Assembly: GCA_049970055.1 (NCBI GenBank)
Contig: JBMFNR010000001.1
Span: 224,001-288,000, forward strand
Origin: Fervidobacterium sp.
Lineage (GTDB): Bacteria > Thermotogota > Thermotogae > Thermotogales > Fervidobacteriaceae
Length of the DNA: 64,000 bases
Reading direction: 5' to 3'
Positions 29,639 through 39,518 of this stretch are shown one piece after another. The notes under the pieces are model-generated. The model had not been told where the DNA came from and searched no databases. It was given only the letters and a program-made list of their open reading frames with translations. The first letter of the stretch is position 1. Each line of letters begins with the position of its first letter. The position numbers were made by a program, and so were the translations under genes.

Positions 29639-31162
29639 ATGAGTGATTACATACTGCAGATGAGAGGTATTACCAAAACATTTCCAGGTGTAAAAGCTCT
29701 TGATAATGTTGACTTCAAGGTAAAGCGTGGAGAAATTCACTGTCTTGTTGGAGAAAATGGTTCTGGTAAGTCAACACTAATGAAAGTACTAAGTGGCTTT
29801 TACTCTTACGGGGAATACGAAGGGGAAATTATCTTCGAGGGAAAAGTTCAAAAATTTAGGCATATACATGACAGTGAAAAAGTTGGAATTGTTACGATAT
29901 ATCAAGAGCTAGCTCTTATTCCTGAATTAACGGTACACGAGAATATATTTCTTGGTCATGAAATTAAAGATGGAATGTTTGTCAATTGGAATGAAACGAT
30001 AAGGAAGGCCAAAGAAGTACTCCAAAAACTGAAACCTGACTTGGATACTTCCAGGAAGATCAAAGACCTTGGTGTAGGCCATCAGCAGATTGTAGAAATA
30101 GCAAAGGCGTTGACTAAAAATGTAAAGTTACTTGTCTTGGATGAACCGACATCTTCATTGAACGAAGATGACAGCGAAAATCTGCTGCGGATTATAAGAG
30201 AGTTAAAAAAGCAGGGGATAACATCTATACTTATATCCCACAAATTAAAAGAGGTTATAGAAGTTGCGGATTCAATAACAGTTCTCAGAGATGGGAAGAT
30301 GGTAGCTTACATTGATAAGAAGGAAGATTTTACGGAAAGAAATATAATTAAATACATGGTTGGAAGAGAAATTGAAGATATTTATCCAAAAAGGCAGAAG
30401 AGAGAGTACGGTGACAAGATTTTTGAAATAAGAAACTGGAAAGCTTTTGATCCAAAACTTGATAGGTATGTTGTCAAAAATGCAAATATGTACGTTCGAA
30501 AAGGTGAGATAGTTGGTATAGCCGGTCTTATGGGAGCGGGAAGAACAGAACTTGCGCTTAGCTTGTTTGGAAACGCGAAAGGTTACAAAGTTGAAGGTGA
30601 AATGTATTTTGATGGATCTTGGAGGAGATTTAAATCCCCAAGTGAAGCGATTAAGGAAGGATTTACATACCTCTCAGAGGACAGAAAAGTGCTTGGATTG
30701 ATACTTGATTTCGATGTAAAAACAAATATTACACTTGCAGGTTTAAAACAACTGAAAAAAGGGCTTTTTGTAAACGAGAATGAAGAGATAGTTGTTTCGG
30801 AAAAATATAAGCATTCTTTGAAAATTAAGACTCCAACAGTTGAGCAAAAAGTAATGAATCTTAGCGGTGGTAACCAGCAAAAGGTTGCTATTGCAAAGTG
30901 GCTTTTTGTTAAGCCTAAACTCCTTGTTCTTGACGAGCCAACAAGAGGTATAGATGTCGGCGCAAAATATGAAATATATACACTCATGAATAGGATAGTT
31001 GAAGAGTATGGTATGAGTATAATAATGATTTCTTCTGAACTTCCAGAGGTGCTTGGAATGAGCGACAGAATCTATGTAATGTCTGGCGGAAAAATCGTGG
31101 GTGAACTTGAGAGATCGGAAGCTACTCAAGAAAAAATAATGGCCATGGCTGTTGAATACTAA
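29639..31162 (+). CDS. Sugar ABC transporter ATP-binding protein (tandem NBD, GguA/MmsA-like)
   Basis: GENGSGKST, LDEPT, LSGGNQQK, LDEPTRGIDVGAK. Confidence 0.92.
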   Translation: MSDYILQMRGITKTFPGVKALDNVDFKVKRGEIHCLVGENGSGKSTLMKVLSGFYSYGEYEGEIIFEGKVQKFRHIHDSEKVGIVTIYQELALIPELTVHENIFLGHEIKDGMFVNWNETIRKAKEVLQKLKPDLDTSRKIKDLGVGHQQIVEIAKALTKNVKLLVLDEPTSSLNEDDSENLLRIIRELKKQGITSILISHKLKEVIEVADSITVLRDGKMVAYIDKKEDFTERNIIKYMVGREIEDIYPKRQKREYGDKIFEIRNWKAFDPKLDRYVVKNANMYVRKGEIVGIAGLMGAGRTELALSLFGNAKGYKVEGEMYFDGSWRRFKSPSEAIKEGFTYLSEDRKVLGLILDFDVKTNITLAGLKQLKKGLFVNENEEIVVSEKYKHSLKIKTPTVEQKVMNLSGGNQQKVAIAKWLFVKPKLLVLDEPTRGIDVGAKYEIYTLMNRIVEEYGMSIIMISSELPEVLGMSDRIYVMSGGKIVGELERSEATQEKIMAMAVEY

Positions 31163-31175
31163 GGAGGGTTGTAAA

Positions 31176-32348
31176 ATGGGGTTTTTTGGTGAGTTGAAAG
31201 AGCTTTTGAAAAAGAACATTCGTGAGTACGGTATGTACATAGCTCTTGGTGTTATAATGGCCATCTTTACCATTCTTACGAATGGATTGTTTTTCTCTTC
31301 AAGGAATATCAGCAACTTATTCAATCAAATGGGGTATATAGCTGTTCTTGCCGTTGGCATGACGCTTGTTATTGTTATAAGGCACATAGACCTTTCTGTT
31401 GGTTTTATGGCGGGTTTCTTGGGAGCAATTGCGGCAAGACTTCTTAGAGACGGAATGCCCGTTTTACCTACTATTTTAATTGTTTTAGGTCTCGGAACTG
31501 TGTTCGGACTGGCAAATGGTTTCTTGGTTGCAAACGTTGGACTTCCTGCTTTTGTTGCAACGCTTGCCGGTATGATGATTTTTAGAGGAGCGCTTTTGTT
31601 GTTTACACAAAGTACTGGTACGATTATCGTCATGGAAGATCATTTCAATGCTATCGGAAATGGATACATACCGGATTTGTTTAAGATAGGAGATATTCAT
31701 GGCCTAACGCTTTTAATCGGAATAGTTATCGTTGGATTGTATGTATTCAATGAGGTAAAAACGAGAAACAATAAACTTAAGTACAACTTTGAAGTTCTCT
31801 CTATTAGGATGTTCATCTTAAAATTATTTTTCGTTTCTGCTATCATATTCTATGTATTTTGGATTCTCGCGAATTATAACGGCCTTTCATGGACATTTGT
31901 TATTACACTATTGATAACTTTCGTTTATCATGTATTGACAACCAAAACGGTTCTTGGAAGACACATATACGCAGTCGGTGGTAACCCCGAAGCTGCAAAC
32001 CTCAGTGGTATAGATGTTAATAAAATAACGCTTTTTGTATTCAGTTCTATGGGGTTCTTGACAGCTGTCTCTGGGATTTTGTACACATCAAGACTACAAT
32101 CAGCAACTCCGGATGCGGGAACACTTTTTGAACTCGACGCTATAGCCGCTGCGTACGTAGGTGGTGTTTCAGCTGCTGGTGGTGTTGGAAAAGTAGCGAA
32201 CTCTCTCATTGGAGCACTCGTTATGGCTTCACTCATCAACGGAATGAATCTATTAGGAGTTGGAATATCTTTGCAGTACATCATAAGAGGCCTAGTTTTA
32301 GTGGTTGCTGTTGTTTTCGATATTAAAACAAGAAGTAAAGTCAGTTGA
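31176..32348 (+). CDS. Sugar ABC transporter permease (GguB/XylH-like)
   Basis: IDLSVG, GRHIYAVGGNPEAA.LSG, ELDAIAA..GG; multiple TM helices. Confidence 0.92.
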   Translation: MGFFGELKELLKKNIREYGMYIALGVIMAIFTILTNGLFFSSRNISNLFNQMGYIAVLAVGMTLVIVIRHIDLSVGFMAGFLGAIAARLLRDGMPVLPTILIVLGLGTVFGLANGFLVANVGLPAFVATLAGMMIFRGALLLFTQSTGTIIVMEDHFNAIGNGYIPDLFKIGDIHGLTLLIGIVIVGLYVFNEVKTRNNKLKYNFEVLSIRMFILKLFFVSAIIFYVFWILANYNGLSWTFVITLLITFVYHVLTTKTVLGRHIYAVGGNPEAANLSGIDVNKITLFVFSSMGFLTAVSGILYTSRLQSATPDAGTLFELDAIAAAYVGGVSAAGGVGKVANSLIGALVMASLINGMNLLGVGISLQYIIRGLVLVVAVVFDIKTRSKVS

Positions 32349-32389
32349 TACATAAGGATATGATTAGCTACATTCAGGGGGAGTCTACT

Positions 32390-33505
32390 TTGAAAAAAAT
32401 CTTGCATTCTATGATGAAAGAGAACAATTATTCCTTACTATTGAGAACAATCTTTCACAATAAATCGATTGAACGTGTGAATTTAGTTAGACAGACAGGA
32501 CTCTCTCCAAGTACTGTCACTCGATGTGTTTCACAACTTGTTGAAAATAAAATCATTATAGAGACAGGGCCCCTGGTTGAACGATCTGGCGTTGGAAGAA
32601 AAGCTATAAGCTTAAAGATAAATCCTGAATCGATGAAAGTACTACTTGTGGACATTGGTGCTGAAAGAACAAATTATGCACTTGGTTTTCCAGATGGTGA
32701 ATTTGAAAAGCTCGAATCTTCGAAAACACCTGAAAGATTTGAAGATATCTTGGAAAATGTCAACGGATTACTAAAAAATTATCCCAAGGTGCAAGTTGTT
32801 GCCTTTTCCATTCCTGGAATGGTCGACACTGATAATGCCACAATATTGTTCGTACCAAGTCGTGGATGGAAAAATATAAAAATCGAAATTCCCGAGAAAA
32901 TTGTCTATGCAGATAATGAAGCCAACTTAGCGATGATCGCAGAAGCATTTCAACATGAAAACATCAGAAAGTCCAAATGCTCAGTTTTTGTAACAGTTAG
33001 AGAAGGTGTTGGAACTGGATTGTGGATAAACGGTGTAATTTTCCGTGGACCTTCGTTCACTGCAGGTGAATTCGGCCATACCATATTTGATCTTAGTAGC
33101 AATGTTAAGTGTAGATCAGGAAACAAAGGATGTTTGGAGAGTTATATATCGATTTCATCGTACTTTGGAAAGGTAACTAAAGAATGGACCAAGTATTTAA
33201 ATGAGCTTTACTCAAGGAAAGATAAGAAAATGGATTCATATATTGAGCTTCTTTCCAAAGGTCTTGTAAATATAGTTAATGCACTTAATCCGGAATACCT
33301 CATAATCGGTGGTGAGTTGTCCGGACTTCCGAGGGAATTTTATAATGATATAGAAAAAAGAGTAAAAAAACAAGCCTTAGAGCATTCAGCTAAGATTTTA
33401 AAGGTGCTTCCATCAACCTTTACACATGATACCTACTTGTATGGTGCATTGTATGCAGTGATAGAAGAAATATTTATTCCAGAAGCCATCTCCTCTATAA
33501 GCTAG
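32390..33505 (+). CDS. ROK family transcriptional regulator
   Basis: N-terminal HTH TGLSPSTVT; DNEAN, GVGTG, AGEFGH, GCLE. Confidence 0.88.
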   Translation: MKKILHSMMKENNYSLLLRTIFHNKSIERVNLVRQTGLSPSTVTRCVSQLVENKIIIETGPLVERSGVGRKAISLKINPESMKVLLVDIGAERTNYALGFPDGEFEKLESSKTPERFEDILENVNGLLKNYPKVQVVAFSIPGMVDTDNATILFVPSRGWKNIKIEIPEKIVYADNEANLAMIAEAFQHENIRKSKCSVFVTVREGVGTGLWINGVIFRGPSFTAGEFGHTIFDLSSNVKCRSGNKGCLESYISISSYFGKVTKEWTKYLNELYSRKDKKMDSYIELLSKGLVNIVNALNPEYLIIGGELSGLPREFYNDIEKRVKKQALEHSAKILKVLPSTFTHDTYLYGALYAVIEEIFIPEAISSIS

Positions 33506-33520
33506 ACGACAAAAATTCAT

Positions 33521-33554
33521 AACAAAAATGCAGGCTTTCGCCTGTATTTTTGTT
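33521..33554. terminator. Bidirectional intrinsic terminator
   Basis: AACAAAAATGCAGGC-TTTC-GCCTGTATTTTTGTT between convergent genes. Confidence 0.85.
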
Positions 33555-33582
33555 GTGGTGCATTTTTAAAATTTTGGAATTT

Positions 33583-34143
33583 TCAGAATTTTACTTCCGG
33601 TGGATTTTCCGTACCCGGTTTTGCTTCAAAGTATTGTCTTTCTGTAAATCTGGTACCGGCTATCAAGAAATACGGGAATTTCTTTATAAGGGTGTTGTAC
33701 TCCCTCACTGATTCGTTGTAATCTTTCCTTGCAACGGCGATTCTATTCTCAGTTCCGGCAAGTTCATCCATTAATTGCCTGAAGTTAGCGTCCGATTTCA
33801 AAGTTGGATAGTTTTCTACAATGACTAGTAACCTTGAGAGCACACCGGAGAGTTCGGCATCAGCCGTTGCTTGTTCTTGTGGAGTTTGAGCACCAGCGAG
33901 TTTTGCACGCGCATTTGCAAGAGCTTCAAAAATCTCACGTTCTTGCGCTGCATATCCTTTTACTGTCTCAACAAGATTTGGTATAAGATCTGCTCTTCGT
34001 TGCAACTGATTTTGAATTTGGCTATAAGCCTCGTTTACTTTCTGTTCCAGGGCAACCATTTTGTTGTAAGCACCGATAAACCATAATGCGAAAGCTAAGA
34101 TGATAACTACAATCCCAACCAAAGCTATAACACCTTTTTTCAT
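33583..34143 (-). CDS. lemA: LemA family protein
   Basis: N-terminal TM; QRRADLIPNLVETVKGY, ENYPTLK, TENRIAVAR; ATG after GGAGGT. Confidence 0.92.
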   Translation of the reverse strand: MKKGVIALVGIVVIILAFALWFIGAYNKMVALEQKVNEAYSQIQNQLQRRADLIPNLVETVKGYAAQEREIFEALANARAKLAGAQTPQEQATADAELSGVLSRLLVIVENYPTLKSDANFRQLMDELAGTENRIAVARKDYNESVREYNTLIKKFPYFLIAGTRFTERQYFEAKPGTENPPEVKF

Positions 34144-34198
34144 TGATTTCACCTCCGTATGTTCGTATATTCGTAGATAATTTATTATAACTCTTTTT

Positions 34199-35125
34199 TC
34201 AAACAATTTCTATCTTTGTATTTTCATCAACATGCCCAATTATATGTCCGGAAAGTTTTTCTGCAAGTTTTTGTGCTTGTTCTCTACTGGTTATTACTAA
34301 CATCCCATAACCCATGTTAAATGTTTTAAGTGCTTCTTGGATTTCGACGTACTGTAATATCCATCTCATGTAGTCTGGTAATTTTATAGTTATATCCCAA
34401 CCTTTGTCTTTTAAAATTCTTTTCAGTGCACGAAGTATTCCGCCACCGGTTACGTGAGCTAGTGCTTTGATCTTGTCGAAATTCACTGGAACTTCACTGT
34501 ATATCTTTGTGCCTGTTAGTAAATCAAACGGCAATTCGTGAATATTTATTTTTTCTTGTTCAATTATCTTCCTTATCAAAGACCATCCGTTCGAATGAAA
34601 GCCGCTTGCCGGTAAGCCGATTATTACATCGCCGTGTTCTACACATTCGATTGGTAATCTTTTTTGGAGTACTCCAACACAAAAACCTGCGACGTCCCAA
34701 TCACTTTCTGTGTAAATAGAGGGTATTTCAGCGGTTTCGCCTGCAACTAAAGACATATTTACACTTTCAAGTTCATAAATCAAAGCCTTTATGAATTCAT
34801 AGTGTTGCCTGTCTATGTGGTGCACTCCAAGGTAGTCGACGAAGGCTTTTGGAACCGCTCCTGCGCATATTATATCGTTGTAATTCATACCAATTAAATC
34901 TTTAGCTGCATCATGCCATCTTTCGAACTGAACGTGCAATAACAACTTTGAACCGATCCCGTCGGCAGTCACGACAACTGGTGGATCTGTGAAGGTTAAT
35001 ATAGTTGCGTATCCTGTTGGTTCTCTTAAAACCCAATCTGGAAGTTTGAGAATTGATTGGATATAATCTGTAAACTCATCGTTTCTCAACACGTCGACAC
35101 CTGATGAAGAGTAGGTGTAATTCAT
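34199..35125 (-). CDS. purM: Phosphoribosylformylglycinamidine cyclo-ligase (AIR synthetase)
   Basis: YSSSGVD, DGIGSK, AGETAE, SGFHSNG, HVTGGG, TFNMG. Confidence 0.9.
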   Translation of the reverse strand: MNYTYSSSGVDVLRNDEFTDYIQSILKLPDWVLREPTGYATILTFTDPPVVVTADGIGSKLLLHVQFERWHDAAKDLIGMNYNDIICAGAVPKAFVDYLGVHHIDRQHYEFIKALIYELESVNMSLVAGETAEIPSIYTESDWDVAGFCVGVLQKRLPIECVEHGDVIIGLPASGFHSNGWSLIRKIIEQEKINIHELPFDLLTGTKIYSEVPVNFDKIKALAHVTGGGILRALKRILKDKGWDITIKLPDYMRWILQYVEIQEALKTFNMGYGMLVITSREQAQKLAEKLSGHIIGHVDENTKIEIV

Positions 35126-35127
35126 AC

Positions 35128-36357
35128 TCATTCCTCCATCCATGCAATATCGCTTCTGTAGTGCATACCTTCGAAATGAATGTTTTTGATATTTTCATAT
35201 GCGTACGCTCGTGCTTGCTCTAGTGTTTGCCCCACGCCGACAGAGTGCAACACCCTACCACCGCTGACAATAAATTTTCCGTCTTTTTCACTTACACCGG
35301 CGTAGAATATATGTGAGTTCCCATTTGCATTTTCTCTTTCATCTATTGTTATTTCTTGTCCTTTCCTAGGATTTTCCGGATATCCTTCGGATGCTATTAC
35401 AACGTCGACAGCAAATTTCTGGGGAGTATATTCATTACAATTCTCATTAGTGTAGGCTTTTAAGATATTCTCCACGAAGTGCTCTGGATCCATCGCAACT
35501 ATTACCTCAGTCTCCGGATCGCCAAGTCTTACATTGTACTCAAGTACGTAAGGCTCGTTATTAACAACCATTAGCCCAATGTACAAAAATCCACGGTATC
35601 TTATTTTTTCCTTTATCAAACCATTCAAAGTCTTTGAAAATATTTCTCTGATCCTTTCTTTTAACTTTTCATCTATACTGATAGGGCCAAAAGCTCCCAT
35701 CCCGCCTGTGTTGGGGCCTTTGTTTCCCGTCAAGGCGCGTTTGTAATCTTTCGTGAATGGTAGGAGCACAAATTGATGACCGTTTATGATACTTATTGCA
35801 GATAATTCCCAACCATCTAAAAATTCATCTATAAGTACAGGTCCTTTTACGTTAGAGATCAGCTCTCCGTCAATTAACTTCTTACCTACTTGCATAGCTT
35901 CTTCGAAAGTATTGCATATAACAACGCCTTTACCTTGGGCAAGTCCATCAGCTTTAATAACGTACGGAGGACTAAACCCTTTGAGTGCATCATTTAGTGA
36001 GTGGGAGTCGGTAGCTATCATAAACCTTGCAGTTGGTATATCGTATTTTTTCATGAACCTTTTTGCGAAGATCTTTGAACCTTCTAATTGTGCACCTTCC
36101 GAATCTGGTCCAAAAACATTTGAAAGTTTGTCAGCTACCCCTTTAACAAGGTATTCTTCAGAACCGGGTATCACTAAATCGTAATTGCTCAGTTCATCAA
36201 AAGTTTTTAGCTTTATATTCTTCCCAAGGTATTTCGTACCGGCGTTTCCCGGGTAAAAGTAAACATCGTAACCAATTTTTTTAAATGCCCAACCTATTGC
36301 GTGCTCTCTTCCCCCACTTCCAAGGATACACACACTTTTAATGCCGGATTTACACAT
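35128..36357 (-). CDS. purD: Phosphoribosylamine-glycine ligase
   Basis: GSGGREHA, KADGLAQGKGV, GPNTGGMG, EYNVRLGDPE. Confidence 0.95.
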   Translation of the reverse strand: MCKSGIKSVCILGSGGREHAIGWAFKKIGYDVYFYPGNAGTKYLGKNIKLKTFDELSNYDLVIPGSEEYLVKGVADKLSNVFGPDSEGAQLEGSKIFAKRFMKKYDIPTARFMIATDSHSLNDALKGFSPPYVIKADGLAQGKGVVICNTFEEAMQVGKKLIDGELISNVKGPVLIDEFLDGWELSAISIINGHQFVLLPFTKDYKRALTGNKGPNTGGMGAFGPISIDEKLKERIREIFSKTLNGLIKEKIRYRGFLYIGLMVVNNEPYVLEYNVRLGDPETEVIVAMDPEHFVENILKAYTNENCNEYTPQKFAVDVVIASEGYPENPRKGQEITIDERENANGNSHIFYAGVSEKDGKFIVSGGRVLHSVGVGQTLEQARAYAYENIKNIHFEGMHYRSDIAWMEE

Positions 36358-36375
36358 ATTCTTCATCCTCCGCAT

Positions 36376-37311
36376 TTAATGTCGGAAAACTCTTATTGGA
36401 GATTTATAGAAAGTTATTCCTTTTTTCTTAGCAAATTCTAGCACTTCTTGGTCTCTTATCGAGCCCAGCGGTGCTACAACACAATTGACACCCGCATTTA
36501 TCAAAATTTCCAGACCATCTGTGAATGGAAAGAACGCGTCGGACGCAGCTATTGAATTTTTTGCTTTTTGACCGGCAAGAGTTGTTGCTATCCAGCATGA
36601 TCTTTTTCTTGATGGCTGGCCTCCGCCAATTCCGACCGTAACTCCGTCTTTGACTAAAACGATCGCATTTGACTTAACTGCCTCAGTAACAATAAGAGAG
36701 AATTTTACATCATTAACATTGTAAGGTTCACCAAATAAAAGTTCAGGCTCACCTTCAAATTTTCTTTCGGAAATTACAAGGCCACCAAATGCAATTTTTC
36801 CAACAAGCTTTTTGTACTCCTTTGGCTTGATTAACCTAATTTTCTTTTTTGATAAATATTCGATAGCTTCTTTATCAAAATTCGGGGCAACGATAACTTC
36901 TAAGTATGTTTTTAAAAATTTCGCCATTTCAATGGTGAATTCAAAACTGGTCGCAAGTATACCGCCGTACGCCGATTCGCTATCTGATTCTAATGCATTT
37001 GTTATGCATCTCATTTTTTCTTCTAAACTGTCGTTTTTCAAGTAAGCTGCACCACATGGGGTTTGGTGTTTGATTACACAAGCACCTCCGCCAACTAATT
37101 GGAGGTTTTGGGCAAGAACCCATGCAGCCTCTGCATCTAAGATATTGTTAAATGAAAGCTGTTTACCTTCGTGAAGTAGTTCAAAGGCAAGATCTCCGTA
37201 TACGCAAGCATTCTCATGTGAGTTTTCGCCATAACGCAATTCGAAAGGATTTTTTAAAAGTTCGACTTTTTCCATCTGCACATCAATAGTCTTTAAGTTA
37301 TCTCTCATCAC
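36376..37311 (-). CDS. purH: AICAR transformylase domain of PurH only (no IMP cyclohydrolase domain)
   Basis: LRYGEN.H at about residue 25, SFNNILD, KHQTPCG, KSNAI, SDAFFPF, GSIRD, RVFRH; 311 aa. Confidence 0.85.
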   Translation of the reverse strand: MMRDNLKTIDVQMEKVELLKNPFELRYGENSHENACVYGDLAFELLHEGKQLSFNNILDAEAAWVLAQNLQLVGGGACVIKHQTPCGAAYLKNDSLEEKMRCITNALESDSESAYGGILATSFEFTIEMAKFLKTYLEVIVAPNFDKEAIEYLSKKKIRLIKPKEYKKLVGKIAFGGLVISERKFEGEPELLFGEPYNVNDVKFSLIVTEAVKSNAIVLVKDGVTVGIGGGQPSRKRSCWIATTLAGQKAKNSIAASDAFFPFTDGLEILINAGVNCVVAPLGSIRDQEVLEFAKKKGITFYKSPIRVFRH

Positions 37312-37920
37312 TTATCCCCCCACGAACTCTACTTTTCTGCCCTTTATCTTGAATGGTGTATGCAGCAATTTATCGATAATCTGCCAATAGTACTCGTGTT
37401 CAAGTTTGTGGATATGCTCCTCGAGTTCCTCCAAGTTCCAATTATCTTGAACATCTAATGCCTTTTGAAAAATTATAGGCCCAGTATCAACTCCTGCATC
37501 AACAAAGTGAATAGTTATTCCGGTTACCTTAACACCGTAATTGTAAACTTGTTTTATTGCATCTTTCCCAGGGAATGAGGGTAAAAGCGATGGGTGGATG
37601 TTTACAATCTTTGGAAAATATTTATCTACCAGCCTTTGAGGGATTATTCTCATAAATCCTGCAAGTACAATGAGATCTGGGTTTATATCATCAATCACGC
37701 GCTCGAAATAGGCATCCCAAGGTTTTTCAAGTTTAACGACCGGTATACTGAATTTATAAGCACGATTAATTGCATAACATGTTCTGTCAACAATAAGAGC
37801 GGATATCTTCGCTTTTAGCTTTCCCTCATTGCAAGATTGTGCGAGTTTTTCAAAGTTGCTACCGCTACCAGACGCACATACAACTATTTTGGGTAATCCA
37901 GATTGAAGCACCCCATGCAT
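37312..37920 (-). CDS. purN: Phosphoribosylglycinamide formyltransferase
   Basis: SGSGSN, LAGFMRI, NIHPSLLP, HFVDAGVDTGPII. Confidence 0.93.
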   Translation of the reverse strand: MHGVLQSGLPKIVVCASGSGSNFEKLAQSCNEGKLKAKISALIVDRTCYAINRAYKFSIPVVKLEKPWDAYFERVIDDINPDLIVLAGFMRIIPQRLVDKYFPKIVNIHPSLLPSFPGKDAIKQVYNYGVKVTGITIHFVDAGVDTGPIIFQKALDVQDNWNLEELEEHIHKLEHEYYWQIIDKLLHTPFKIKGRKVEFVGG

Positions 37921-39191
37921 ACGCCTTTTACCCCGCTTTCTTCGAAAACAGCTTTGTAATTTTCAATGGACAGATAAAAGAGCACATCTGCTCCGACATA
38001 ATCTTGGAGTTTTTCCAAGTCGTTTTGAGAAGCTATTAACTCACTCCTTCTTGATGTGTCAATCCCATAATTGCAAGGACCCAAAACGGGTGGTGAATGG
38101 ATACCAACATATACTTTCTTTGCTCCTGCTTCTTTTATCATATCGACTATTACTTTCATAGTGGTTCCTCTTACAATCGAATCGTCGATAAGAATTACCT
38201 CTTTCTTCTCAACTACCGAAGAAAGTGGGGCTAATTTTCTTCTTACAATATTCTGTCTGTCTTTTGGCATGATGAAGCTTCTACCTATATAATGATTTCT
38301 AATAAGCCCGTAATCTAGTGGTATTTTGGATTTTAGACTGTAACCGAGTGCTCCCGAGAAACCACTGTCAAGAACTGGTACAACAACATCGCCAACTACT
38401 TTATGCTCTTCGAATAACTTCATTCCAAGCTTTTTTCTTACTTCGTGGACATTCACACCATAGAAGTTACTGTCAGGCCTAGCAAAATAAACAAATTCGA
38501 AAGAACAAAATCTATCTTTTTTCTCTGCGAATCTAACAATCTTTGGTTTTTCATCACTTGTAAAAAATACGATCGTACCTGGTTCAATTTCGACAATATC
38601 CGTACAGCCAACGGATTTCAAAGCGCAATCTTCCGATGCCACTATGTATCCGTTGGCAAATTTTCCATAAAATAGCGGTCGTATACCATACGAATCACGT
38701 GCGGCAGCAAGAAATGTATCGTGCAAAACAACGAGGGAGTAAGCTGTTTTTATACGTGAAAGCGCCCACTGGAGGGAATCTTTTGGATTACCGTACGGTG
38801 CTGTTGAAAAATAATGAATGAAAATCTCAGAATCTAGTGTTGTTGAAAATACGCTACCATTTTCCATTATGAACTTTCTTTTTTCATCGGCATCAACAAT
38901 ATTCCCGTTATGGGCAATTGCAACCGTACCTTTGTAAGTGTGAGCGACGAGGGGTTGGATTTCGTGAATCGATCCGTAAGTTGAGTACCTGACATGTCCG
39001 ATTGCACAGTTACCTTCAATGAATCTTTCGTCTGTTAGTACATGTTCGACTAATCCTTCTCCTTTAACTTCTCGAAATCCATTTACAACAATTCCTGCAG
39101 ACTGCTGACCACGATGCTGAAGTGCCAGCAATATATCATGAACAACATTGTAGGACGCTTCAATATTCCAAGTACCTGCTACTCCACACAT
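37884..39191 (-). CDS. purF: Amidophosphoribosyltransferase
   Basis: N-terminal MCG, LQHRGQ, GHVRYST, HNG, LIDDSIVRGTT. Confidence 0.95.
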   Translation of the reverse strand: MCGVAGTWNIEASYNVVHDILLALQHRGQQSAGIVVNGFREVKGEGLVEHVLTDERFIEGNCAIGHVRYSTYGSIHEIQPLVAHTYKGTVAIAHNGNIVDADEKRKFIMENGSVFSTTLDSEIFIHYFSTAPYGNPKDSLQWALSRIKTAYSLVVLHDTFLAAARDSYGIRPLFYGKFANGYIVASEDCALKSVGCTDIVEIEPGTIVFFTSDEKPKIVRFAEKKDRFCSFEFVYFARPDSNFYGVNVHEVRKKLGMKLFEEHKVVGDVVVPVLDSGFSGALGYSLKSKIPLDYGLIRNHYIGRSFIMPKDRQNIVRRKLAPLSSVVEKKEVILIDDSIVRGTTMKVIVDMIKEAGAKKVYVGIHSPPVLGPCNYGIDTSRRSELIASQNDLEKLQDYVGADVLFYLSIENYKAVFEESGVKGVCMGCFNLDYPK

Positions 39192-39240
39192 ATTGTTTCC
39201 CCCCACGGATGATTTGTTCTCTTTTTTTCTTTTTAAAGTA

Positions 39241-39266
39241 GCAGAGGAACCTCTCGGTCCCTCTGC
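39241..39266 (-). terminator. Hairpin downstream of rpoZ
   Basis: GCAGAGG...CCTCTGC stem; only a weak U-tract (TACTTT) on the minus strand. Confidence 0.55.
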
Positions 39267-39270
39267 AAGC

Positions 39271-39501
39271 TCACTTTACATTTGGTGCAAGTATTTTCAG
39301 TATATCTTCGTTTTTAATACGCAGGTATCCTTCTTGTAACTCTTTGAATGCTATACTCACTGAATATTCGTCTGGTGTGGTCACAAAAGGTTTGGCAAAA
39401 TCATTTATTGCCTCAGCCCTTTTGGCAACAACAACAGGTATAGCATATTTGTAAGGGATTTTTTGGAGTAATTTATCGTATTGAATGACAAGTTTGCTCA
39501 A
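39271..39501 (-). CDS. rpoZ: RNA polymerase omega subunit
   Basis: [12 protein letters not shown]...VSIAFKEL; follows gmk. Confidence 0.85.
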   Translation of the reverse strand: MSKLVIQYDKLLQKIPYKYAIPVVVAKRAEAINDFAKPFVTTPDEYSVSIAFKELQEGYLRIKNEDILKILAPNVK

Positions 39502-39518
39502 TCTATGCCACCTCCTTA

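Noticed and set aside
34144..34206. lemA extension overlapping purM
   Set aside because: ATG at 34143 has a GGAGGT RBS and starts the TM segment
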